From the NCBI GenBank assembly GCA_051362555.1, contig CM120646.1, positions 11,346,001 through 11,410,000 on the forward strand: 64,000 nt of DNA. The letters are read 5' to 3'. Each line of letters opens with the position of its first letter. Position 1 is the stretch's first letter. The stretch is from Lingula anatina. Lineage: Eukaryota; Animalia; Brachiopoda. Positions 32,201-44,931 of this stretch are shown here, piece by piece. The position numbers and the translations under genes were made by a program. A model generated the notes under the pieces. It saw nothing but the letters and a program-made list of their open reading frames with translations. It did no database searches and was not told where the DNA came from.

Positions 32201-32439
32201 GGACGAATTTGTTTTCTTGTGCTTTTCTTATTATAACCGTTTTATACAATAAACATTGAAGATAATATTTTCTATCTATAAGTGTTAAACGTTAAAAATA
32301 TCAAATCCCATTGCAGGCATTGAGGTTAAACGTGGAAGGACTCATTTATGCGGACCTTGATATTATCGGCAGGCCCCCAAAGAGAACGACTTTTATCGAG
32401 AGAGAGAAAACGGAATACGTGCAAATAAGGAGGGTGTAG
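29221..32439 (+). CDS. Gene C: two-Ig transmembrane receptor with ITIM and ITSM-like tail, no kinase
   Basis: Exons: 29221-29299 leader; 29989-30357 V-Ig; 30623-30925 Ig2; 31153-31326 TM; 31917-31969; 32317-32439 reading ALRLNVEG-LIYADL-DIIGRPPKRTTFIEREK-TEYVQI-RRV*. Canonical splice sites with matching phases. Confidence 0.9.
29415..29582. mobile_element. 168-bp MITE in intron 1 of gene C
   Basis: TIR CAGGCCCTTAGCCAG...CTGGCTACGGGCCTG; 5-bp direct repeat CACTA on both sides; the paralogous introns of A and B lack it. Confidence 0.85.
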
Positions 32440-35400
32440 GTGCAACACATTTTGTGACAACGCACAAAACTTCATGATCAGAAGCGTAGACATCAGTACT
32501 TATAGGTGTTCTCCACATGAACGCACGTGTTTGTATTTGCGTGCGTGCGTGCGTGCGTGCGTGCGCGCGTGTGTGTGCAGAAATAGGTGACCCAGGCTTC
32601 TTATGCTAGATGGTTGCATGCACGCTGTATGGTTCATCTTATCTTTATTTCAATTGCCTATTTAAATCCCATTATTTTTATAACTAACTTCATCAACTTA
32701 AGTGATCATATCATATGTATAGTAAGATTTATCATGGATTCATATAAACATTGGTTATTCTAAAACTGGTGGTACTGGATTAATTGGCATTTTGGAGAGC
32801 GCAATGACCAGTGGCATTCATTGTTAAAACATAATTAAAATAATATTTAATTAGAATTGATTGATAAAAAATTAGATATTCATATATGTGTTGGTTGGTA
32901 TAGTGGACATGTAAAATGTACATGAACATACTATAAGAATGTATCAGTTGGTTTTTAAACCATGACTGTACTTTTTTGGTATAATTGAATATCTACAGGT
33001 AGTTTAATAACAAATATATGTTGGCAATCCACTGTTTATTTGCCGATCTGAAATTTTGCTGTTACTATAATCATGCCCAAGGTTTTAATTGAATCAATCC
33101 TTATTATTCATAAATTGAACTGAACACCCCTGAAGTAGTGTGTTTTCCATAAATCGGTCATATTATAAAATAAAACTGTCAGAATCTCATCATATCTCTT
33201 ACACATGGATCAAGTTATTAGACATTATCCAAAAATTATTTTTGCATTTCAATTATCTAAATAAAACAACTTTTTGGTCCATTTTTCCTAAAAATACATC
33301 AAATTTGGCCTTAGGTGACCTTTGTCCATTGATTTACTGTAATTGCTACAATACATATTACGTATATTTTTTTGTTATATTAGCGATTACAGCTATCATT
33401 TTGAAAAATAAACTAGCATATCTAGCAAACCTGAGCATTTTTCCTACCCCGCCTTCATTATTTAAAAATCAAACTAAACACCCTCAGTAGCACATAATTG
33501 TGTCCTCCGTATATATCTAATTTTGCAAAATGTAGTGTCAAAATCTCATCGTATCCATTAAATATAGACCAAATTATTAGAAATAATCCAAAAATATTTT
33601 TCCTTTCCATTCTCTTTATTAAATAGCTATTTGGTTCATTTTCCTGGAATAATTCAAAATTGATCTCAGGTGATATTTGACCTACTTTCATTGTTATATT
33701 ATACAATAACAATTTTTTTCGTTGTTGTTTTACCAATTAGAACAATCCTTCAGCTAAATAAAGGAAAGTTTTTTTTTGTGCAGAATTGTTTGAAAATAAT
33801 AACTTTTGCTGACTCGTCACATCATAATTATTAGGATGATGAGTCTTATTTAATATTTAATTTTTATCCCTAAGGCCATAATATTTAACGCAGGCAACAA
33901 TTTGCTACATTGTTATTATTGATAAAATTATTAGGATAGTGAGTTTATATAATAAAAGCGGCCTTGTTTGGCCAAATCACGAACAACCGATAGTCTTTGT
34001 TGCCTTTTCTTTTGTTACGAATGGGACTATGCAAGTTTGTGGTACACTGGGATGGAGGACACATAAATAAATTATATTCTAATCCAGCAAACCTATCAAA
34101 TGATGAGCATTATTGATACATTGACCATAAATGTCTCATACTATAAACTGATAAATGGCACCAAATCCCTTTAATACGGCAAAGTTATCAAAAATGAGCA
34201 TAAAACAATCATGAACTAGGGAACTAATGTTGACTGACATTCTATTTAAAAATTACTTTATAGGTTTATTTTTCCTAAAAACGCCTCATATTTGACCTAG
34301 GGTAACCTGTGCCCTCCTTTGGTTACAGGTTATTCAATATGACAAAAGTCATTTGACTTATTTCTTTAAACCTATCCTTCAGCTGCATAATGATGCAAAA
34401 AAATTGCTTCATCTGGTGCTATTTTCATAATATGGATTTTTCCCTCGCCCTACATCCATCTTTTTACTCCCAGTCATGCAGCTAATCAACGTATACTGAC
34501 CATTCACATTATGAAAGATACTGACTATAGACTTCGCATGATGCCAATGAACCTCGAGGCTACCCAATTCGTACCGATGGACCCCTCTACCTGACGGACT
34601 ACATGTACTACTAGTATACTGTATCTGGAGGTTATAGTATGTTCATAAATTGGAATCCCCCATGTATAAACATTTTCAGTATATATTATAGTACCTGGTC
34701 ACTCTGCCAGATATTTTAACGTTATTTTTCGAATTATGACTATATTGAAGAGATCAGAACAATCACAGATACATGTGCAAATGCTGACCTTGAGTTGCTG
34801 ACTTATTCTAAGGTAAGCTGCAGGGGATGCTAATATATATAGCCTAGGATTCAATATTGGCTCTTGGAGAGAGCTCAGTAGTGATCAAATCAGACAACTC
34901 ATTTAATGCTCTAAACTACAATAACAGGTACATATAGCTGTAGCACGCTTGATCACCATATGCTCACAACAATGTTATGAGCTGATGATATGTTTTAACG
35001 TAAAAAGAGTTCACTAACTTTCTTCGCTTTTTTTGGCGTATTCACTCTGCGTACTGTTAAGATAAATAAATCGCCCAAGGTTTACGCAATGCCGTTTTTT
35101 TGTGTACCAGCAACTTGAGCAGGTCATATAAGGCCAAGTGTTTAAATAATTCCTAGGTGGCACTTCCACGCACATTTTGGAGGATTTTTTAAACCCATGG
35201 AGTGTACCTTAAAGCAGCAATGATGTAAAAGGATCTGGGAATGCTGCAAAGGAATACAACAGAAAAGAGAAGAAGGTTCCTGACAGGGAGTGTTAAATGA
35301 AAACAGACATCAGGACGATCTGATGCCAAGACGGAGAGATGGAAAAGGTGTAGAAAGGGACACCATTCATGAAGAGGATATGGGAATTATACATAGAAAT

Positions 35401-35673
35401 AATGAGTGTGAAGTTGTACATTCGCACGAATGACCTTATAAATTAAATAGATCATGATTGTGGTAGCGGAGTTAAGACTGCAACGTACATTGTATATTAC
35501 AATATCTAGGGTCACTGCACAAAACACATGACATGAATTATATGCAGTGTGCAGGCTATGAGAAATGGATATTTTGACCTTATTATTTTTTCTGTTGACA
35601 CTTTAGTCAACAGTTATCAAAACAGTAATACAACGGTAACAATAACATGTGAAGATGATCCAACCGTGTGAAG

Positions 35674-35725
35674 ATGATCCAAACACATGGACAGATGCTT
35701 ACTTTGCGTTGCTGGTTAATAACAG
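35674..35725 (+). CDS. Family-2 leader exon (MIQTHGQMLTLRCWLIT), orphan or first exon of gene E
   Basis: Homologous to F exon 1 (47652-47703): 52 nt, phase-1 donor GTGAAT, preceded by the same upstream block and 19-bp repeats. Confidence 0.55.
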
Positions 35726-36597
35726 GTGAATTTAATATTGATACATAACCGTCTTAGTAGACCTAATTAATCCAGGTATTTCTTTCTTGAACATCACAAC
35801 AGTAGTCAGAAACTCACGAATCATTTAACATTCTCTCTGCACTTGGTATCGACCTTTGACAAATTTTGTAAAGCTTGATTTGAAACTTAAGATGACTGGC
35901 CAACCATTATAACAGCGACCATTTCCCATAAGCTTAAATGGAAATATTAACATCAGGAACGCTGCAGAAAAAAAAAAAAACTAGGGGTTTAATCATCCCA
36001 AGGTGTGTGTGATGTTTTATCAGAAACTATGGATGGCAAAATAAGCATATGAGAGGATTTTCATACCCATGAAGGGTACCTTTAGGCAGCAATTATGCAA
36101 AAAGGTTCTGGGAGCGATGCATCGGAATACAACGGAAAAGAGAAGGTCTCTGACGGGGACGATCTGATGCAAAGACGGAGATTTGGAAAATGTGTAGAAA
36201 GGAGACGCCTTTTATGAAGAGGGGAGTGGAATTATACATTGAAATATAAAGAGTGTGAAGTTGTACATTCGCACTTGAAAAATGCAATGAAACCTCATTG
36301 TGGTAGCGAAGTTCCACTGCCACGTTGAATGTTTATAATATCACGTGACGTAAATTATGTGCAGTGTGCAGGATATGAGAAATGGATATTTTGACTTTAT
36401 TATTTTTTCTGTTGACACTTTAGTCAACAGTTATCAAAACAGTAATACAACGGTAACAATGACATGTGCAGATGATTCAAACATGTGAAGATGATCCAAA
36501 CATGTGAAGATGATTCAAATATGTGAAGATGATCCAGAGGGGATCCCAACACATAGACAGACGCTACATGTATCTTTGCATTGCTGGTTAATACTAA

Positions 36598-39500
36598 TAG
36601 TTAGGCGACTAAGCCAAAAAATTGTTGATAAAAGCATGAAACTTTCAACGATGAATGACCATTGGGTGTTTGTCAATTTTAGATCGGGGAGCAACTCCAA
36701 AATTCACAAGTACCCGGATGAACGGCTTTCTTAAAATATGCTGACTCAGCATTTTTACGTATGTCCAATATTCACTTATACGAGCACTACCGACTTTAAT
36801 TATGATAATATGAATAAATTTGAGAAATATACACCTACTGTGCACATCTATTACAGCTAGAATGACGTCATAATGATGTCACTGAGTGATATTGCACAAT
36901 ACATGCGAATATCCACCGACTCCCATATAACAAATAGTCGAAACCCTGCAATGATCTTTCCTGTAAACATCCATTACAGAAATGCATCCTTTAGGACTAG
37001 AAAGGTTATGTTAGCTTGGTTTCTACTTCCAAGACTTTGGGCATTTTCAATATGGCCGTCAAATTTTGAGGGAAAATAGAAAAACAGCCAAAAGTCGACG
37101 GATATACTTTATTTGTGGCTCTTGTGAATGCATTTCCTGTCGGAAGAACACAGTAGGATAATTGACTGCATACTAGCACGTTTCTGGTATTGATTAACCA
37201 AAATGGCCGCCAACGCATACAGCAAAGGATGAAGTATAGCAGTAAAATCAGTCTAATAATGGTATAATTAGTCTAATTAAAACTTTTAACGCCTTCGATT
37301 TTTCTGTTTATTTCTATTTTTCATTGGCCATGATCCTATCCTATCATTAATAGCTTTTTTAAAATTCAAAAATTGAAAAAAAAAGATAAAATAAAAAAAG
37401 AAAGAATAATTTTCAAAAGAAGGGGGGGTATAAAAACAATTAAAAATAATACAGAAATATAGAAAAAAATGAATTACGGACTTATTTTGGTAGGTTCTTT
37501 TTGGTGGCAGTCTGAACTGCTAGAGCACGTGGATTTAAATGCAAAATTACCATTCGATAGTCAGTTGTTACCATCTCAGCCATGTGACATTAACATACAT
37601 TATATAGATTTCACTCAGTTGCTATTGAACGCAACCAAACCACCAGGTCTCCCGCTGGCGATCTTCCACTTATGCGGCCCTTGAACAAATATGAAAATTG
37701 CCTTCTCGTCTCCCTCGGATCGCTGACGATCTCCCTCCGACTTTATTCAAATTGCCTTCTCGTTTTGCTCGGATCAATAACTATCTCCCGCTGATGATTT
37801 TCTGCTGACGAAGTCCCTAAACGAATATGAAATTTACCTTCTCATGTCGCTCGGGTCGCTAACGATATTCGGCTGACGATACAAAAATTGCCTCTTCATC
37901 TCGTTTGGATCGCTAAATGCCATTTGCTACGTATGCCGTACAATGAAATCGTATACGGTTTTCCATGCGATTTCTATGGCATCGTAAGTGGCTACGGGCT
38001 ACGGCAAATACCTTTACATTACATGCTAATGCCATGCCTTATCGTATAATTAATATGAGCTTAAGGATATGAAGGGAAATTCTGTTTGTCGGCTGAAACT
38101 GATCATACCGAATCCGTTCAGTTTCTCAGTGCAGTTGCTGCACGCCTTCCGTGTGGCTTTCTTGAAGATAGACGATGTTGGCGCATATTCCTAGGATTTT
38201 TTGCCCCCATTTGGTCAAAAGAGGACACACACAACTTCAAATTTGTGCATGTGAATTACAATATTTCAAAGACCTTTGCTATTATAATGCCCGCTTGACC
38301 CACCAAAGGTAGAAGGAAAAGAGGGCATATCTCCCGCTGACGATATGCCGCTAACGAACTCCTTTGCGCGAATATGAAAATTGCTTTCTCGTCTCTCTCG
38401 GATCGAAAACGACATCCAGCTGAAGGTATGAAAATGGCTTTAGCGTCTCGGTCGGATCGGTAACGATCGTCCGCTACCAATCGTTCGCGGACAAAATCCC
38501 TTGAACGAATATGAAAATTGCTTCCTCGTCTAGCTCAGATCGCAAACGATCTCCCTCTGTAGATATGTAAATTGCCTTTGCGTCTTGCAAATGAGCTACC
38601 GCTGACGATCTCCCGCAGGCGTAGCTCCTACTTGAACGAATATTAAAATTGACTCCTCCTTCGTCAGCGCTGTCAGGTGATGCTTAAAGGTATGATAGGT
38701 TTTAGGTTTCAGGCAGCCGTCCAAATCAAAAATCTAATCAAAGTTGGAAATGCCTCGCATTGGTCAGTAGCCTTATTTTAACATTAAGGGTTACTGCTGG
38801 CATATCAGAGATAACTAACTGCTTAATCGAAGAAGAAACTTGATGAACGTATCTCCTCTCCTTTTTTTGTAACATCTAGACAACCATTTTGTTTAATTAC
38901 GTTTCCTGCCAGGTGTATTATTTTACTGACATATAATGTATGTGCAGATTTCATTCGTTTAAAATCTTTTTCAGTTGAAAAAAAAAAACATAATGTACCA
39001 TATTTTTACCTGCTTTTTCCGTACCCTTTTGGTGGCCATTTTGCTATTTCTATTAAAATGACTCACACATTATGTAAAAGAAAACCCAATACACACCACC
39101 TCTGTATGTGTAAACATTCAAATAGACTTTTAAATGAAGAATATACATGTACACACACTGTATATAGTTTGATGTAAATCGCTATGAATATTTATGTCTT
39201 TTTACGTAAAATTTGGCAGCCATTTTGGGTTACAAAGAGTGCTCAATGTCCCAGAAGCTACTAAAGCAAAGCTAAGTGGACTTTTCTAACCCAAAAGTAT
39301 ATCATTCGTTTTCAAACAATTACAGACAACAACATAGTATTGTTCAACTATGGGGCCAATTGGAGTGGCAACTTTTAAGTTAAAACTACTGGGAGGGCTT
39401 ACTCCCTCACCACATATAAGTTGAATATTTAACAAGCAGATAAAGGTAGGGTAGTATAATCGCTAACGAAAAATCACGATGAACGGAGAAATCAAAGAAG

Positions 39501-40197
39501 AAAATGCCGTTGATTAGACTGATAATACCATAAATATGCTGATGCTTTACCCTTTGCCTCTACCCTATGTTTTGGCGGCCATTTCTTTCGGCAGCAGTGA
39601 CGTGCTAGGGAGTAGTATTGTACCCTACAGTGTTCTTCCGACAGGAACACATTCACAAGAGCCACAAATAAAGTATATCCGTCAACTTCTGGTTGTTTTT
39701 TCTATTTTTCCTTAAAAACTGAAGGCAATATTGAAAAATGCTCAATGTCTCGGAAGTAGCAATCAAATTAATTTTACCTTTCTAGCCCTAAAGGGCGCAT
39801 TTCCGTGATAAAATGTACAGGAAAGAAACAATGTAGGGTTAGACTTCGTTCCTATGGGAGAAAGATATTTGTCATTCTATATTGTGCAATGTCATCCAGT
39901 GACGCCATCGTGACGTCATCGTTGCTCTAATAAATGTGCACGGTGAGCGTACGTTTTAAAATTCTATTTATGATATCATAATTAATGCTGGTAGTGCTCG
40001 TTTTGATGAAATCTAAATGTATATAAAATGCTGAGTCAGCATATTTAAGAGAGCCGCTCATCCGGGTACTTGTGGATTTTGGAGTTTCCCCCCGATCCAA
40101 AATTGACACACCCAAAGGTCATTCATCGTGGAAAGCTTCATGCTCTTATCAACTTTTGCACAATTCTGGATATAATTTGGAATTAACCGCCTGACTA
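36598..40197. mobile_element. Non-autonomous DNA transposon with ~600-bp imperfect TIRs (TAGT...ACTA termini, possibly Academ-like)
   Basis: About 36598-37220 is the inverted homologue of about 39575-40197. Removing the element rejoins a leader exon to its donor (GTGAGT at 40201) as in paralogues. Internal dispersed ~55-bp repeats at 37690-38650. No transposase ORF. Confidence 0.8.
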
Positions 40198-40785
40198 TAT
40201 GTGAGTTTAATATTGATGCAGAACTGTATGGGTTGGCCTAATATATCCAGGCACTTCTTGCTGGAACATCATAACAGTTCGGTAGTCTCACACGTTATTG
40301 TGCTAGAGGAGTAACAAGAATGTGCGGGTACTTTGATTGCTGTATAAAATTATATACCGACGCAATGAAATACTCTGGTACCAAACATCCAGTCACAATA
40401 ACTGTTCCACATGGTAAGGTTGGTAAATAATTTAAAAAATAATTTGTTAGAGTGAAAAACAGCTGTAAGTTTCTGGTTGGGCGGGTGTTGTACTAAATTA
40501 GAAATCAGACCACGAGATCTACTACCCCTCGAGGAATTGTGTCGGATAAGGTTTCATGAGTCACGTACGCCTTTACTTTTTCACACCTGAGCCAGCTGAT
40601 CTCACGGGTGAGTTGCTTAAAGAAATTAACAATTGAGTGGATGAGGCAAAACAATTCACTGGCTTAACAATGTTGTTATAAAGTTAAGGAGGTTTACTTA
40701 AAAATATTATAAAAATAAAATAAAAAAAATATATCAAAAATATAATAACGTTGAATAAATAATAACCTCACAAAATACGTGTGAG

Positions 40786-40882
40786 ATAATACACTGTCAC
40801 CCGAGCGATATATGCCATAACACCTCGAGCGTCAGCGAGAGGTGTTCATGGCATATATCGCGAGAGGGTGACAGTGTATTAT
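40786..40882. repeat. 97-bp near-perfect palindrome at the edge of an insertion (about 40780-42155) absent from paralogue F
   Basis: ATAATACACTGTCACCC..GCGATATATGCCAT..AACACCTC followed by its reverse complement; degenerate ~80-bp tandem units follow at 41190-41520. Confidence 0.8.
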
Positions 40883-42229
40883 TTGACATACATACCGAGA
40901 AAAAATACAGTCATTTCTTCCTAAAACACCCCTAAAACCGAATAAAGTGACCCTATATCACGCTCTAGAGATGTTATACAGAATAAACTCGTCCACGTGA
41001 GCTGGTCACCTCCCGCCAAATTCTTACGTAATGTCTGACCATTTTGGTCAATTTTTGCTAAATACTTGTCGTGGACATTTAACTGTCTTGAGAAGTATTT
41101 AATCAACCGTCGACACTGACCATGCACGTCTCAGCTGAGCCACACCTAGCTGGGACTGCTGCGGAAACAAGGTCCCAAGGCAAAACCTCTACTTTTTAGT
41201 GACATTTCTGATAAAAAAGGAGCGTCGGACCGGAATATAGTCAAACTAATTTTTCACAAGTGCAAAGGAGAAAGAAATTTACTTTTTGGTGATATTTCTG
41301 ACAACGAGGCAGTTTCGGAATATATTCAAAATCGACGGATGTTTATTACAAGTTCACGGGAGTAATAATTCTAGTTTTTTCTTATTATTTCTGACGACGA
41401 GGCGGTTAAGGAATAAAGTCAAAATCAAACGGATGTTTATTTCAAGTCCACAGGAGTAATAATTCTACGTTTTGGTGACATTTTATTACTACGAGGCGGT
41501 TTCGGAATATACATGTGCTGGTTTTCAGAGCATTCATGTGCTACATGTAATTACAAGTTCAAAAGGGGAATGCATTTGATTTTTACCAATATATCTGATA
41601 AAGAGGAAAAATGAACAGCTTAAAAACAAAAGGTAAATAACACAACCCTCGTTAAAAAGTTATAGATTTACAAATAATTTGTATGTACGTGTGGCTTAAA
41701 TGTAAACTAATTCCCGTTTTCAAACCATACCCATATGATATGACTTAGTGTAATAAAATGATAAATAATAATTGTTAAACGTGGAAAGTTTATGCTAATT
41801 TTTTAAGAGCGTGAGAGATTTTAAATTTGTCTACTGGTACATGTACATGTAGGTATATAACGCAAGCAACGTCACTATTCTCTTGATGCCAAGAAGGTCA
41901 CATGATCACTCTGTCTTTGGCTTCCAGCATTTTAAGAGACCTCGACTGATTTAACCAAGATGTAGTCGTGAAATTCTAGACTACATCGAGGTTAAATCCG
42001 AGTTTTCCGAGAGACGCTACGCAGAAATGTCGAGTGAAGCGAGACATTTATGGGTAGCGGCTCGAGGTTGCCCTCGATCTTCACTGAAGCTTGCCTAAAT
42101 GGACAGGGTTCAGTGATCAGCATATCGCCACGGTCATATAACATCCCTAGGTATGTATATTATGATATTGAACACATTTCTTTACAAAATCGACATGCCA
42201 TTTTACTTAGATTCATTATTTCGGCACAC

Positions 42230-42465
42230 TTATTCACACAGTTTAATGGCCAGTCCGCGCCAATAAATAAACTTCGTCTCCAACGCGTTGTTCTTCCGAG
42301 GCTTCGTAAAAAGACTCAAACTCTGTCTTTGGACACTGTTTATTATTGAAAATGCAGGCAGGTCGTCAGTGAACGTCATGATCAAAAAGAGAGACGCTTT
42401 GCTTTGCCAGTGGGTAAAGGCACAGTGGGAGGTAAACCAATGCGACCCAGGAATAAACTTACATG
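42230..42465 (+). pseudogene. Truncated, degenerate copy of the family-2 Ig1 exon
   Basis: ENAGRSSVNVMIKKRDALLCQWVKAQWEVNQCDPG matches F Ig1; acceptor reads CCAA instead of CCAG; internal deletion; 3' half missing. Confidence 0.8.
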
Positions 42466-43085
42466 ATTAACAAGCGTAAAACGTCGTGTTCAATAAGGGA
42501 TATATTCTAGCTAGACCTGCTTTGTCCAGGGTACAAAATTCCAAGGTCGACTTGGGGAAAACACGTGTGCTTTTTTAGACAGCTGATTCAAGGATTTTGT
42601 AAAACCTAAAATAATTTATTTTATGTTGTGCATTAACAACAAGATCTCAGTTTTATTCTTTATAAGTTTCAGTAGGAATAATGAGTTATTTAAAGGATTT
42701 ACATAACAGATATGAATTTTGCAAAATATTGCGCGAAACACATGTCGTGGACTATTTGCAGGCGCGTAGGTGTTCTTGTATTAATCACGACTTACTCATT
42801 GACATGCCAGATCTGCGTACAGACTGCTAGCAGTCTTGGGGATATAAAGTTTAAATGCAGCGAAAACTGTCAGTACAGGTACATATGTGCGCTGATACAC
42901 ATTTGTAGTTGATTTAAGTTTTGAAACTGAAGTAGGGGCTTACTAGACTACCAGCATTTTTGCTTTGCTATATTTTGGAGGTTGTTGCAAAATTATCCAC
43001 CTACTTTGATCACAGGTATTTTGCACACAAACAGACATGAATACAGTTAATTACCAAATAATAATATCATACTTTGTTTTTACAG

Positions 43086-44931
43086 CGTGTTTTTCTTTAG
43101 CGGCGTTGCAAAATACAACATATTCTATATTTGCGCGAGAGAATGGTCCTGTCGAAATGAAATGGCCACTGTTCATTGGGGAAAATGAAGACAGGTCAGT
43201 GGTAAACGTTATGATCAAAAAGAGAGATGCTCGTCTTTGTCAGTGGGTGAAGCTACCAGTAAATGAACACCGTGAGGACATCCATTGCGACCCTGGATTG
43301 AACTTAACAATCAGCCCAAAGCATGTGTGTGTACCGAGTCCAACCAACATCACTGCTACATTTTCCTTTAAGAACAAGGGGCGTGTCGATGATGGGACCT
43401 ACGAATGTCGTTTTGTGATTGATGAGCAATGGCACGAGATGCAAGTGTATCCGAGACATTTAGTAACAACGGGTGAGTTACTTGTGTGTTTAATGTAGAT
43501 GTTTGCATCTGCCAGTACGTTATTCATATGGTTGATTTTCTTTAAAACCATCGGCTGCAATTCACTAATCTTATATAAAACTATAAATTGTCTTTCACAC
43601 TCAGCATGCCATAAAGTAATTAACCAAAATATATTTCCCTGTTGAAACGATCCTTATAAGGAATGGAACCGAAATATCTCGCTCCAGACTTAAATGTCAA
43701 GTTGATGCAGACGAAACAGATGGCGTTGAGATGTCCTATTGCTCTTCAGTCCATTCTGTCGAAATCTCAGGCGGTCAATACAAGTGTAAAGTGGAACATG
43801 CCGGTTACGTTGTTGACAGCGCAGAAGTGGACATCCCATTTAGAACAAAAGGTGACCCTGAGGAGTGTATTTTCATTATATTACAAACTCTCTCTCTCAT
43901 ATTGGTGTTGGTTATATTAAAACGAAAATAAAACTGATATTTACTTGAAGTTTCATGAAACGTTTTTACATTTCATTTCAAGTAACCAATTCCATTTCTT
44001 TTCTTTTTTTTTGTATTTTTCACATCATCTTCACCAACAGAAAACGAAACAAGTGCTGCATGTCCTGGGATTAATGACTCTGAGATTTCGACCCCTATAT
44101 TGTTGTATGTTATAACAATACTAACCTCAATTATCGTTGTCCTGGTAGTATTTGTAGTGATACTTGTCTACCTTGTCTATCTGGTATGGCGAGGTGGGAA
44201 ATCCGTGAAAACATGTGGTGAGTTACACTCATTTCAGTTTGACTCAATTACTTAACACATAACTCACTACTTCAATAGGACTTAAAATCTTGCGTCCGTT
44301 TGCCGTTTCAACGAAACTTCGTTGTAGATTAACGGAGTTGATAATGTGCATGGTTACAGGCAAAATGTAAAAATGTTTAATTTTCTTAAAACTGTTACAC
44401 AACATCATTTTTTATAGACCGAGATAGGAATGTTACGCAATTCAAAGAAAAACAGAACGGCGTTTTGCCAATTACGCACCTTACACTGGTTCAATTGAGA
44501 TCGTTCCCTTAGCAATCGAAATCGAACCTTGCATTTCCCAAACTTACGGTAAGCTTCACTCATTTCAGTTTGACATAAGTAAAAAAAACTACATCGTACA
44601 CTGTAGTTAAGATATCGCATCCATTTTCTGTTTCAACGAAGCTTCGCTCTGGATTAACGGATTTAACAGTGTGGTGAATAACTTTAAGGCATTTCAGTGA
44701 ATGCCGTTCTGGAGCATATATAGTTCAGCGATGGTTTTGCATGGTTATTCATTTGTATCGGTTCTTGTGAGTGCAAACATACTAATTTCATTACATAAAC
44801 TCATTTTGACGAAACATGGTAGGCCTACTGTAAATATTTCAGGTTCCACGAGCGGAGATAGCCACTTGCCATATGGACTTGATGTCGAGAACGGACAAGC
44901 ACTAGAAATAACTGGCATTGCCCATGTGTAA
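43086..44931 (+). pseudogene. Gene E: family-2 Ig receptor, damaged (pseudogene or shortened single-Ig form)
   Basis: Intact Ig1 exon 43086-43472; Ig2 exon has lost its 5' part and acceptor (about 43638-43851 remains); intact TM exon 44041-44217; cytoplasmic exon from 44418 is one A short versus paralogues (stop 44510-44512); terminal exon 44843-44931. Confidence 0.7.

Noticed and set aside
37690-38650. CRISPR-like repeat array
   Set aside because: Units are degenerate, irregularly spaced and inside a eukaryotic TIR element; no cas genes.
42712-42912. ORF as the signal-peptide exon of gene E
   Set aside because: Its likely donor is phase 2 while the Ig exon needs phase 1, and it is not homologous to the family-2 leader.
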